Counted from the whole stretch's first letter, positions 46,240 to 58,343 are shown. The stretch is 63,875 nt of DNA, filler included, from Globobulimina sp. (GCA_003354225.1; 50 parts of 50 records of this genome joined end to end with filler, not necessarily neighbours in it), one strand, 5' to 3'. A program made the numbers and translations. The notes: generated from the sequence alone by a model not told the origin.

Positions 46240-47248
46240 TCAACGTCCAAACCAAATATTTCAGTCGCATTAGTGGGACATAGCGGTAGTGGTAAATCAT
46301 CATTGTGTGCCAGATTGATGAGCGAAATGAGTACACTCTCTCAAAATGAAATGCAAACATTCATAAAACAGTCCAATTCATTATATAGTCCATTGGGACG
46401 TTGTTATTATAATAAATCAAAACAAGAAAGTGCGCTAAGCACCACAATAGACATCCATGCTTCCAGTATTCTGACAGAATCATTCCAGTATACTCTATTG
46501 GATTTACCCGGACATATATCGTTTGTTAAAAATACCATAAACGGAATAAATCAATCCGATGTGGCCATATTGGTGGTTGCAGCCAACATAGCATTTGAAA
46601 CATCCATCAGCAGCACGGACACTGCGAAAGGACAAACCAGACAACATGCCACATTATGCTACTTATACGGAATCAAACAACTTATTGTTGTCATCAATAA
46701 AATGGATGCTGTCGACATTAATTATGAACAACAAAGATACAATGAAATCAAAGCAAAAATGAATAAAATGCTAAGCAAAATAGGTTATAAAGTGAAAAAA
46801 ATACCAATTATACCAATAAGCGCCTGGAAAAATGATAATATCGTCATGACATCACCGTACATGCCTTGGTATAAAGGATTTAGTGTCAAAATAAAAAAAC
46901 AAACAGTTACAGGTTACACTTTGTTAGATGCTTTGAACAAAGTCGTTAAAAAGCCAAAACGCGTAGGATGTAACAAGAAACCTTTCAAACTGGTAATTTC
47001 CTGGATATATTCGAATGGCATAGTGACTGGAAAAGTGATTCAAGGCACGCTAAATACTGGGCAAATTATTAAATTATACCCGTCAGGAATCGTTGCAAAA
47101 GTGTGTTGTATACGGATTCATGACAAAGACATTGACACTGCGTTTGTTGGGGATAATATAGGCATTAAATTGGACACATATAATGATATAAAAAGAGGTG
47201 AACTGATGGTTTGTTATACTGATTCTGATACAGCAGTGGCAAGAAAAT
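46240..47248 (+). CDS. Divergent elongation-factor-like (EFL/EF-1alpha family) GTPase paralog, 3' truncated
   Basis: GHSGSGKSS, DLPGH, GQTRQHA..GIKQLIVVINKMD, IPISAW, MPWYKGF. GQTRQHA is EFL-like. Confidence 0.85.
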
Positions 47249-47348
47249 NNNNNNNNNNNNNNNNNNNNNNNNNNNNNNNNNNNNNNNNNNNNTTAATTAA
47301 TTAANNNNNNNNNNNNNNNNNNNNNNNNNNNNNNNNNNNNNNNNNNNN

Positions 47349-48187
47349 AATTTTGATAAAAAATAATATTTAAATTTGGCATCTTTGATATTTGCATTTG
47401 CGATGTCTTTGTTTTCATCGAGAAATTGTAGTGGATATCCTGTAGATTTTATTAATGATTTTATGATATCGTGCAAAAACCTAAAGGGTGGTCTTTTTAA
47501 TAATTTCTCCAATAACCTCGGTCTTTCAATTAATTTACCCAATGTTTGCTGTGTTTGAGCCACCCAATTGTCTCCACCATGGCCATCTGCTTTATCTATA
47601 TTAACAATTGGACTTTGTTGTGGTGTATCTTGTGGTTCTTCTCGTTTTTCGTCTTGTTGTTCTTGATGTTGCTGTTCTTGATGTGGTGATTCTTGAGTAT
47701 TTTCGGAATTATTTCCATAGAGATTGTTCAATATATCTTGCATCGATAATTGACCATTTCCAACCTCAATTGCAATTTTTCCAAATATTTGCAACATTTC
47801 ATTGGTGCATTCCGGTTCTAGTCCAGAAACAACTTTATTCGGATTTACATTCAAAGACTCGTTGTGCACCGATTCTATACATTTTATTAATTTATTGAGC
47901 CATGATAATTTGGCGTGTTTATCCTTATTTTGTTTTGGATATTAAATGTATATTTAAAATTTCTTGCAGTCTTAAAACAATGATTTTAATTTAACTTTTA
48001 TTATTTTGCCATTTAATTCATTTTCTTCGAATAGACCATCCGGAAAACCAGTTGCTTTCATTGTGTTCATAACAATGTCATGAATAAATCTAAATGGTGG
48101 TCTCAGAAGATATTTATCCAATAATTTGGGCCTACTGATTAGATTTTGAAATATTTCTTGTGTTATTCCAATATACTCTTCGGACAT
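47349..48187 (-). CDS. TRAF3IP1: IFT54/TRAF3IP1-like protein with two tandem N-terminal CH domains (intron 47995-47924)
   Basis: RPKLLDKYLLRPPFRFIHDI...VVSGLEPECTNEMLQ, and a second copy RPRLLEKLLKRPPFRFLHDI. Confidence 0.85.
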
Positions 48188-48331
48188 CCTTTTTGTTAAA
48201 CAGCGGACTCAAATCAAAAATAGATTAAATCAGCTCGTTAAAAACTATGTAGGAACAGTAGAAACGTTTAGCGTCACATTTATTTATTAGGGAATGTATA
48301 CAAAAACAAGGTAGTTGGATGAATTCATAAA

Positions 48332-48526
48332 TTATCGTCTCCATGCAACAACAAAAGCAAATGTTGAGTGAAATTCAGCTCTGGCTATTAGTCCATCATT
48401 AAATCGACAATAGATATTATAACTATATGCATAATATGTAGCTCTTGCAACATGACATCCAAATCCATAAATTTTTGTCAATTCATTTGCTATTTTATTT
48501 GGATCATCATATAATTCTGATAATCC
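48332..48526 (-). CDS. C-terminal fragment of a small alpha/beta protein, weakly dynein-light-chain-like
   Basis: Frame open from the contig edge: KIANELTKIYGFGCHVAR...FAFVVAWRR*. Confidence 0.35.
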   Translation of the reverse strand, partial: GLSELYDDPNKIANELTKIYGFGCHVARATYYAYSYNIYCRFNDGLIARAEFHSTFAFVVAWRR

Positions 48527-49409
48527 TNNNNNNNNNNNNNNNNNNNNNNNNNNNNNNNNNNNNNNNNNNNNTTAATTAATTAANNNNNNNNNNNNNNNNN
48601 NNNNNNNNNNNNNNNNNNNNNNNNNNNGTCCTCATCAAACTCCTCATCAAACATTCTGTGATGATGAAAATTAAAATTTGCGAAGAAAGGGAGCTATATA
48701 ATATTGATTAATGTATTTTTTGTTTTTGTTTATGTGATTTTATTTGATTGGATGTCACTTTTGGTTTATTTGAATATTAAATCTGTTTTTGTTTTTATTT
48801 TACTTTTTTACTTTTTTGTCTTATTTTTATGATCATTTTGTTACTCGATCATAGTAATTCTGGTTTTAATGCTAATATTTTGCATTTTATATTCCTTATA
48901 TTTTTATGTTACTTTTTCACTTTTATATATTGTGCATCTTATTGTCTCTCTCTATTACTCCCAATATGTTATCCTTTTCTTTTTCTTTTTTTGCACAGGA
49001 TAAACTTTATTGTGTTTAGTATTTTAATTTTAGAACATCATTTTTGCCGAAATGTCGGATACTAACCTTCTTATATACTGTTTTTACAATGCACATAGAA
49101 GTGGCAACTCACTTTATTCCATTTTATATCGTAACGGATTTAATTGTTTTATAAAAACACAATATATTCATTTCATTCATTTCCAATTGCAATTAAAAAT
49201 GCATTATTGTGAGTTGTGTTGTGATATTTTTGGACGTGTAAACTTTTTACATCCGGCCAGACCAACCATGCTTGATTTCTAAATGTAAAGATTTGAGAGT
49301 CACCAAAACTGTGAGCTAGCTAGCTAGCTATTTGCATGAAGTCGGAACCTCAATGCCAGGCTTTTATAATTCTATCGCTATGCCAATTAAATGAATTTTA
49401 ATGACCAAT

Positions 49410-49560
49410 TATCAATTAATCAATTAATTAATTAATAAATAATTAATTGATTAATTGATGTAATTATGAATAATTAATTGATTAATTGATGGAAATAGAT
49501 TAATTAATTAATTGTTAATTGATTAATTGTTTGGTAATATTAATTAATTAATTGATTGTT
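49410..49560. repeat. Low-complexity TAAT/TTAATTGA quasi-palindromic array
   Basis: Many overlapping taattaattgat / aattaatcaatt units. Confidence 0.8.
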
Positions 49561-50275
49561 TAACTAAATACTTGCTGTCAACTAAACTGTTTTTCACTTT
49601 CGTAGCTTAAACATGCTAAACTCAATGTCGCAGCGTATAATAGAGAATAAATACTTTGTAAGCAGCTGTTTATATCACGCAGTGCAGCATCCCAATACTA
49701 AAAGGGATATAAAAGATGGGTATGAGTTGTGTGTCTGAGTTGCGTACTTTATCATAATTAATATACACATTTAGTATACACGTTGAGTGTTTTAATAAGC
49801 ATCCATNNNNNNNNNNNNNNNNNNNNNNNNNNNNNNNNNNNNNNNNNNNNTTAATTAATTAANNNNNNNNNNNNNNNNNNNNNNNNNNNNNNNNNNNNNN
49901 NNNNNNTCATTGCGCAGAAACTCAACGACGACGAACAAAGGAGGCTGGCCGGCGCCAATCAGATAAATAAAGTGGCGCCGCACACTCAGTTCAACTTAAT
50001 GGCAGAACAATGATTTTCTTTTTCTATTTTTATTATTTTGTTTAATTTGTTTGTAGAATTATTAATAAATCGATTTTAGTGTTTTGAAGAAGAAACTTTT
50101 TGCTTTTTTTGTGCATGTGTGTTTGTTAAATTTGCTGTTTTATTTGTTTATTTTCGATCTCCATCCACCAATTTATTCAAAAAAGAGAGAGACATCGCTT
50201 AATTGCTGTCAAGTCACAAACTATAGGGCTATCATTTTTTATATTATGGAGATCCGACTTCGTCTTCACGTCTTG

Positions 50276-50400
50276 TGGCTGGCTGGCTGGTTGGTTGGTG
50301 TGGTGGTGCGTGGCGGGGCGGGATGTTGGTCGTTGGGTTTGTTGGGGCTGCGTTGGTTGGTTGGTGGGGCGTGGCGGGGCTGGCTGTTGGTTGTGATTGG
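50276..50400. repeat. G/T-rich degenerate microsatellite (GGCT/GGTT)
   Basis: ggctggctggctggttggttggtg... runs. Confidence 0.7.
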
Positions 50401-51185
50401 CGAGCATCTTATTTTATTTTGTAGTACAAAGTGTACGCGAGCATGATGATTTTTTGTTTGGTTTTTTTAAACATTTTCTGAAAATCTGAAATATTAACAT
50501 AAAAATAACAAAAAGAAGGAACACTGTCAAAATTGACAAGAATTACATAGGTCCAAACATATTTACAATCACATTCAAACAAGAACTATAAAACTAATAA
50601 AATACATAATCTACCGAACTATAATCACAATAACCACTCCGAAAAGTACACAAAAAAATAAACTGCAAGACAATCCAGTAATATATGACCATCATAAAAG
50701 ATTTCGGCACTGCGTACATCTCGATTGCCATCACAACAAATTGCATAACCATTCTCCATCCTTTACATCAAATGATCCATCAATCTGATTCAATCACCAT
50801 GCACATCATCACTAAATACTTGACATTCATTGACATTCATTGTCATTCAAAGCAATCAAATGTAAAAACCTTGCTTCAAATTAAAAACCTTCAAATTTTT
50901 AACACATTTTTAGTTGCATGGTTTTCATTACAAAATAATACGGATAATAATGGTTTTGGTGATTGCAAAATTACGGATAGGTATTTTGGTTCAAACATCA
51001 ACCGTCGTTGGCCAAAATACACGTTGCTCGGCATACTGACAGTAACTAGAGTCGAAGTTGGGGTCATGCCTGTTCCTCTCTTTATNNNNNNNNNNNNNNN
51101 NNNNNNNNNNNNNNNNNNNNNNNNNNNNNTTAATTAATTAANNNNNNNNNNNNNNNNNNNNNNNNNNNNNNNNNNNNNNNNNNNN

Positions 51186-52364
51186 AAATAACAATCATAA
51201 AAAAATAATTGTACTCTGACATCGGTAAACTCCCAAAATGCGTTACCATTTTGATTTACATTGAAATTATTTCCATCAAACACAACATTTTTTATGTATA
51301 ATGTGCCACCATTTGGCATAAATAACTGTTTATCATTGATTCCAATTCTATTTGATGCCATACTCAAATCCTGCAAACTATAAATGTATGACAGAAAAGT
51401 AAAGTATATATATGTCACAGAGGTGGTATACAATAATTAATACAAACCTTAACCAACACTTTGGCCATCTGCACATAATCCATATTGACGCAGTACCACT
51501 GTATCTCAATGTGGTCACTAATGGGCCTTCTCCACGAAGTATAATATTGTTATCATCATAATTTAAATTAAAAGGGAAATCCCATAAACCCGCACCAACA
51601 GAAAACACTCCATTTGCATTATAATTATTACATGAAGCAGCTGGATAACCTGATATTTCGCCTACAAAACACTTCCAACCATACTCAATTGTTTGACAGG
51701 TTGGCTCAAAGGTCGGTGCATTGGTTGTAGAATTTCCAGTTAATAACAAACGAGCTGCAGGGAAATGCTCATCAAATAATCTTCTGCGTAAACAACATGC
51801 ATTATATACTGCACTTAATTGAGGGATCTCATGTACACACTCATATGTATAGTCTGTTGTTGATGAGCTACAATCCGCATAATCACATCCACTCTTTCTA
51901 ACGTATACATATTTTTGTGTTAAAGTGGGTGAATTTGTTGGGTGTCCAGGAGGATATGATGGAGCTATTGATGGGGCAAAGGTTGGCGGACTGGATGGAG
52001 ATATAGTTGGTGCATTGGATGGTGGTGTGGTTGGCGATGTACTGGGTGTGTGACTGGGAGATACTGTTGGATTACCTGTGGGGACACTGGTTGGTTGAAA
52101 TGTAGGTACAGTTGTTGGAATTGCTGTTGGTTCGTTAGTTGGGTGTGATGTTGGTGTAACAGTTGGTTGTAATGTTGGATTCACAGTGGGATATAATGTT
52201 GGTTGGATGCTTGGATTTGTGGTTGGTGGAAAGGATGGAATATGGCTAGGAATTATTGTTGGATATATCGTGGGATTTGAACTTGGAATAATGGTGGGAT
52301 ATAATGTCGGATTTGAAGTCGGATTTATGGACGGTTGGATTGTTGGATGTAATGTTGGCGGAAA
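51186..52364 (-). CDS. Internal fragment of a PT-repeat (mucin-like) surface protein with an RRRL motif and beta-helix-like domain (intron 51447-51378)
   Basis: Long PTxxPT/PS repeats, CCLRRRLF, then IILRGEGPLVTTL...LYIKNVVFDGN. Confidence 0.8.
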
Positions 52365-52464
52365 NNNNNNNNNNNNNNNNNNNNNNNNNNNNNNNNNNNN
52401 NNNNNNNNTTAATTAATTAANNNNNNNNNNNNNNNNNNNNNNNNNNNNNNNNNNNNNNNNNNNN

Positions 52465-53194
52465 CAAAAAAAGCAGGTATGTAACCACTGTTTCTACAGC
52501 CATAAGTATAGAAATTTTTACTATGTTATAGGAGCTAAACCAAGCAGCAGATATGGGGCTTCTGTACCAGGTAATACTGTAATAGCCACTGCTGTAGTCG
52601 CATCGCCACCTCGTCCTCAACCTCAATCAACTTCGTCACCTAGTGGCGCTAGTGCTGCTGGTACTGCTGCTGTCCACCCAGTGAATGGTTATCGGAGAGG
52701 TGGATTGTGGATTCCTAGTAAAGCGGAAATTGCGGCATTCAATGTCCCTAATATGTCTCCAGTTTTGACAGAACCATACCACAATGAAGAACCATTTGTG
52801 CTTGATTTTATTCGAGATGTTCGACAAAAGGGCTCAAAATGCAGAATGTGTACTCACTGCAAAGCACTGATATTGACTAATAAACTTAACCCCCCAGAAG
52901 ACATCATATTGATGCATAAAGAACGCCATTGGGTTCCTCCAAGGGGAGGTCTGCCGGCTCGGTATTCAGGACCAGACAATATGTACAACCTCATGTTTCA
53001 TGCTCGATATGAATGTATAACTAAGCGGTAAGAAAACTCCAATTTATATTTGCTTAGTAGTACAATATAGTTTTTCATATTTCAGTCATCCATATATCAG
53101 AATTGATGGACTGACCATCTCTGCCAATATTCGAGGTAGGATGACACCTGAACACAAAAGACATCTGAAAGAACAATTTGGTTTGATTCTCTAA
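52465..53194 (+). CDS. C-terminal exons of a PARP-type zinc-finger-like protein of the kind found in metazoan transposon-derived genes (last intron 53028-53085)
   Basis: KKAG|AKP..., CTHC...PPEDIILMHKERH...FHARYECITKR|HPY...MTPEHKRHLKEQFG; TTTCAG acceptor. Confidence 0.55.
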
Positions 53195-53279
53195 ACTATG
53201 CCTATTTTAGTACTATAATTTTTCTCACTTTTTAAGTTTTTCACATGTTTTCTACTGCGCTTTGAATATTTCCATGTAT

Positions 53280-53620
53280 TTTGCAATATTCCATTATTTT
53301 TTTTATTTTCTGTGACATTTATATTTGGTAATTTTCAGTCGTAATAAAGTTTACTTACCCCATTACCAAGAAACTTTATTGCGAGTAAAAATTTATATAT
53401 TTTTGCAGTACATCGATTTATTTTGCAATATTTCATTATATTTTTATAATTTTCAGTCAGAGAAAAATCATATATTTTGCAATATTTCATTATATTTTTT
53501 AGTTAGAGAAAAATCATATATTTTTCAATATTTCATTATATTTTTATATTATATTTTTCAGTTAGAGAAAAGTTTGGACTACTTCCATATATTTTTCAAT
53601 ATTTCATTATATTATTATTT
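53280..53620. repeat. Degenerate AT-rich tandem repeat (about 45-60 bp)
   Basis: Recurrent ttttgcaatatttcattatattttt and agagaaaaatcatatattt. Confidence 0.75.
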
Positions 53621-53819
53621 TTTCCAGGCAACGCAAGCCTTTANNNNNNNNNNNNNNNNNNNNNNNNNNNNNNNNNNNNNNNNNNNNTTAATTAATTAAN
53701 NNNNNNNNNNNNNNNNNNNNNNNNNNNNNNNNNNNNNNNNNNNATCAATCAATATTAAGATATATATATTATCTAATTATTCAAAAATAAAACAAACTAA
53801 AATTTGAAGTTAGTCATAG

Positions 53820-54254
53820 TTATTTATTTAAAAACACTTTGCAGTGTTCACAAAGCCATTGAGATGCACGGAAAAATATATTTTGACATTCTTTTAAACA
53901 ATTTGTACATCGATTCCTTTCATATTCAATCAAAGAATCACAAAAAATGTCAATAATATCTGTTGGCACCAAATACCAACATAATTTTTTATATTTTGAT
54001 CTTACAAATCCAACAAATAATAAATCCAATAAATCGTATCCAATAACTGCCGATGATTTTATTTTTGGAATAGTCAGCTCAGTCACTGACGAAAGTGATG
54101 AATTTATCCAATAAACATTATTATGATCACCACAATCAACAATTGTTGGCGGATTCGTAGTCAATGGATATGAATAATAATGTACCGCTTTATTGTAAGT
54201 GATATTCCATCCACGGTTTGGGTTACAATATATATTTGCTGTCGTATTTTGCAA
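53820..54254 (-). CDS. Hypothetical protein with the LL..GF.R..VP.DII module and a C-terminal CxxC..CxxC
   Basis: LDLLFVGFVRSKYKKLCWYLVPTDIIDIFCD; CTNC...CEHC. The true start is uncertain, probably spliced to the acidic ORF at 54374-54679. Confidence 0.5.
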   Translation of the reverse strand: MQNTTANIYCNPNRGWNITYNKAVHYYSYPLTTNPPTIVDCGDHNNVYWINSSLSSVTELTIPKIKSSAVIGYDLLDLLFVGFVRSKYKKLCWYLVPTDIIDIFCDSLIEYERNRCTNCLKECQNIFFRASQWLCEHCKVFLNK

Positions 54255-55022
54255 TTGTGTGTGTGTTGGGAATTCTGTCTGCTTTTGTTTGTGGTGTGTG
54301 TTCTGTCTGCTCTTTTGTGTCTGTCGTGTGGGGTGTGTTCTGGCGTCATAAAGTGATTACACATATGTTCGAGTCAATCAATCAGAAAAAAATAATTTTT
54401 AGAGTTTAGGTTAGACGACACACACAAAAGCAGACAGAGCCCACCCCACACAAAATATGATTCATCATCGCCATCATATGATTCAGCGAAATCTGACGAT
54501 TCCTCAGAATCTGAATATGTTTCATAATCCGACTCGTATTCACTTTCAGTATGATACATATTAACTATTTTATTGCAATACGCATGATCATCATTATAAA
54601 AATCTAATGTGTTATGAATTGAGCTATGAAAAATTGCTTCTCCGTAATCAATTTGATTGATTGATTCATCTGAAAACAAACAAATTACTTTTTATATTAC
54701 AAAAAACAAATTACTTTAAATTTCATCTCAACTTATTTTTTTACATCGATTGTATCCATTATCCATTCTTTTTGTTTCTGCAAAATTAATTATTGATTTT
54801 TTCCGCTCTTTAACAGTCACTGGCTTCGTATCTAAAAATGTGATCTTTTTTAAATTATATATTACTTTAAATCGATATTCTTTGTGTTTTGAATGGTTGC
54901 CAATTTTTGGACATATTGGATTNNNNNNNNNNNNNNNNNNNNNNNNNNNNNNNNNNNNNNNNNNNNTTAATTAATTAANNNNNNNNNNNNNNNNNNNNNN
55001 NNNNNNNNNNNNNNNNNNNNNN

Positions 55023-55958
55023 AGTTTTATGATAAAATGCAAGCTGTCGGCACAAACCTTAAAATGCATAAATTTTTATAGAATGAGTTCTTTCGTTTCC
55101 AATGCAGCGGGAAATCACAGGATAACACTTGATTATAATTTGGCCAATAAATTATTTTCGATGTTAATACAGGGTTTTCGGGATGAGACAGAAATGTGTC
55201 TGTGGCTGTTGATGATGGTGACGATGTTACCAATGTTAGTCCACTTGTTGAACTTTCATCATTCTCCTTCATTTCATCCGCATTGTCATCGTTGTCAAGC
55301 TCGTGCAACGAAATAGTGTCACTTTCATGAATGTGTTTGTTTAAACTATGTTGTATTTTTAATGTTGGCGTTGTCGGTAAACTTCCAGTTCCGGATGCAA
55401 ATAATGAACTGGTTTCTGTTGAGGTTTTAAATACAGAAATGGTTGTTGTTGATGCTAACGTATTTGTAATTGATGTAGCATGAGATGGTGACGGCATAAC
55501 TGCTGAGCTGGTAACATTTGATTGTGATGTATTTTTAATAATTTTTTGTGTTGGTATGTGATAAATATACAACCACAAATCCGATAAGCATCGTGGAGAG
55601 ATAATTAGTGATCGGAAATATTGGCATGAATGAGATAACTCGATTCTATCCTGAGGTGTTAGCATTGATAATAGTTCATGTATTATCACATTAGGAAGAA
55701 CATTGTATATTGGAAGTAAATTAAATGCGAGTAATGCTGCGTTGTTTGGGGTTTGTGATTTGATTAGATCCAAAAATGATTGCTTACTGTTGATTGGAAT
55801 ATATTAGAAATAATGGAAATGCAGTTTTAGAAATGCATATGGCAATACTTGTTGTAGATTGTTGCGTTGGATGGGATAAAAGGATATTGTATTGTATTGC
55901 TATTGTCTACGAAGTTGTAGAGTTGTTGTTTGAGAGCAACAAGGTAGTGAATGCTCAT
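55023..55958 (-). CDS. F-box protein, N-terminal part (exon 55958-55849, intron 55848-55787)
   Basis: VLPNVIIHELLSMLTPQDRIELSHSCQYFRSLI is an F-box. A 62-nt phase-2 intron links it to the ATG at 55958. Confidence 0.7.
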
Positions 55959-55998
55959 TGAGAGTTTTTCAGTGCACTGGTCGACAATTATTTAAACA

Positions 55999-56201
55999 AT
56001 GGTATTTATGGTGTCTCTTATCAAAAATGGAATGCGCGTCCGTTCACATTTGTGCACTTTACCAGCCAGGCATTTTGCATCAGTGACCAAGTGTGATGCA
56101 ATTGTGTTAGGCGGTGGGATCGGCGGTTCATCAGTCAGTTTTCGACTCGCTCAAAAACAAAATTTAAATGTTATTTGTTTAGAGAAGGAGGAGACGCCGG
56201 G
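55999..56201 (+). CDS. N-terminus of a mitochondrial FAD-dependent oxidoreductase
   Basis: Transit-like peptide ending ARHFAS, then DAIVLGGGIGGSSVSFRLA...VICLEKE (Rossmann GxGxxG). Confidence 0.85.
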
Positions 56202-56460
56202 NNNNNNNNNNNNNNNNNNNNNNNNNNNNNNNNNNNNNNNNNNNNTTAATTAATTAANNNNNNNNNNNNNNNNNNNNNNNNNNNNNNNNNNNNNNNNNNN
56301 NTTTTTATTTTGAAGAATAGCTTAGCCAAAATAACAAACCAAGCAATTACAAATGGATAAATTAGTAACATTCCGCGTGTTTGCTGCGTTGTTGACCGTC
56401 CTACAATACACAACCGCGCAAACCATAATCAATCCATGTAAACCTGGTCAAATTGGTTCA

Positions 56461-56820
56461 CCATGCCACGATATACTATGTCCGGTAGAAGATACAAATT
56501 CTTTCGATTGGGACGAATTAGTATAGGATGAATCTGATTGTTATCACATTAATTATTTTACGCAACAACAATCCATACAAATATTCGCTACATTTGCTAG
56601 AATCTGCATCATCTGCCTCATTTATTCCGTATGGTATTATGACGGCACACATTCATTAACAACCTCGTCGTCTGGCTATGCCACATGAATAAGTGCCTGG
56701 AAATGGAACGGCATGGTTTATATGATAGCAGTCAGCGCATTTGCTTATGGAAACCAATATTGTGTGACGGATATCATACAGCCTCTATCCTTGCATGCGG
56801 AATAGGATAATGCAGAATAA
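56461..56820 (+). pseudogene. Decayed amino-acid-transporter-like (TMEM104-like) fragment
   Basis: One frame reads FTQQQSIQIFATFARICII...WKWNGMVYMIAVSAFAYGNQYCVTDIIQPL but contains TAG, TGA and TAA stops. Confidence 0.35.
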
Positions 56821-56898
56821 CTCCACAAGCAAATTAATATCGAGATTCAATAAGAAATATCATAAAATAACTTCCAATATTTGCCTATTAATTCGGAT

Positions 56899-57046
56899 AA
56901 GAGCATCCGGTTTTCAACGTCAGATTATTATTGTTTCTGAGAAACGAAGGTAAACCTATATAATTTTTGCCTTTTGTCAGTCACCAGAAACGGTTTGCAT
57001 CTACCTTACCCCAATAAAAATCTGACGCTGAAAACCGGATGCTCTT
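56899..57046. mobile_element. 148-bp MITE with 35-bp TIRs (2 mismatches), PIF/Harbinger (Tourist)-like termini
   Basis: aagagcatccggttttcaacgtcagattattattg (56899-56933) versus caataaaaatctgacgctgaaaaccggatgctctt (57012-57046); GAGCATC-type ends in a TA-rich target. Confidence 0.85.
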
Positions 57047-57581
57047 TAATTAATTAATATATATAAAGCACAATTATTTCTCAATTTTAATCTTATATAC
57101 ATGCACATGTACAAAAGTGGAGATACTTTTTATAATTAAGTAGTACACAGTGCTGTTATATATATATTTTCGGAAAAAATGCAGTTTAAGCTATTTAAAT
57201 TAATTTTTCAAACTTGCTCTAAAAAGTTAGTTTCCACCTACAGGGATGCAAAAAGTCACGGGGAATTCGAATATGAAGACTATAAATTCATAGCTCGAAT
57301 ATTTGTTTCTGTGCGTATGGATCCCGATATCAATGGAAGATCCGAGAGAGAGCCGTCAAATTAAAAAAAGAAAATAAACCAAGTCAGGAGGTAATCTGGC
57401 AAAATAATGAATTCAAACAAGAAACTATGCGATTTGTTATTCATTTTCAACATAAACAACAACAACAACAAAGAAAACATNNNNNNNNNNNNNNNNNNNN
57501 NNNNNNNNNNNNNNNNNNNNNNNNTTAATTAATTAANNNNNNNNNNNNNNNNNNNNNNNNNNNNNNNNNNNNNNNNNNNNA

Positions 57582-57971
57582 ATTGAAATAAAATATCAAG
57601 ATGTAAATGGCAAACAATATGATAATATTCAACATATTGTATTGGGGGATGGTGATATCGATAATAAAATGAATGAAAAGCAAAATGAAGGTGCTTCGAA
57701 TGATATGGATGAAAAGCAAGAAAATAATGAGTATTTTGATAACAACGGAATTAGGAAAGCAATTGTGTTGTGTCGATATGTTAATTTAATTCATGAGTGG
57801 ATCAATGAAAATGATGATAAATCTATTAAAAATTCTGCAAAATATAGCAAAATTTTCAAACAATTTCTAGCTTATTTTGCGAGTAATATTGACATATGTG
57901 ATGATGAAGAATTGAAGAAAGAAATTGAGATTCTTAACATACTTACTAATATTAACACTTTTAACAAATGA
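57582..57971 (+). CDS. C-terminal fragment, resembling the tail of vWA-domain proteins
   Basis: YFDNNGIRKAIVLCRYVNLIHEWI...IFKQFLAYF...DDEELKKEIEIL*; frame open from the contig start. Confidence 0.55.
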   Translation: MEIKYQDVNGKQYDNIQHIVLGDGDIDNKMNEKQNEGASNDMDEKQENNEYFDNNGIRKAIVLCRYVNLIHEWINENDDKSIKNSAKYSKIFKQFLAYFASNIDICDDEELKKEIEILNILTNINTFNK

Positions 57972-58343
57972 TTCCAGTCATCGTGGGCGGACATGATAAT
58001 TGATAGTTTCTTCGATCGCAATGAAGGATTTACTTTTAGTTTTAGCTATCTACAGAATGAAAGCAACAATGGAACAAAATTATGAAAGCAAAATTACCGA
58101 TATATTCCATATAACCCCGCAAACCCAAGACAAAGTTATAACAAACTACGTATAAAAAGTATAATTGAATGAAATGTATGCAACTTAAATTATCCAAAGA
58201 TATATCGTTTAATTCAATTCATTAGAATTGATTCTTAGTTTGAAGAAAAAATACCCATAAAAATATAAATTTAAGCCAACAATCATAAAATCACAGCAGA
58301 AACACTCAGAACAACAAACTTCTTTTATAATTTGACAATTAGT

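Noticed and set aside
50084..50446. ORFs 50084-50446 (+) and 50177-50407 (-)
   Set aside because: They are products of the GGCT/GGTT low-complexity tract.
55787..55848. TAA=Gln recoding upstream of the F-box ORF
   Set aside because: A 62-nt GT..AG intron removes the stop and links cleanly to the ATG at 55958.
57969..58240. TGA=Trp readthrough: the frame continues past three TGAs to a TAG
   Set aside because: The protein appears to end naturally at the first TGA, the extension has no recognisable features, and many other genes in the window use TGA as stop.
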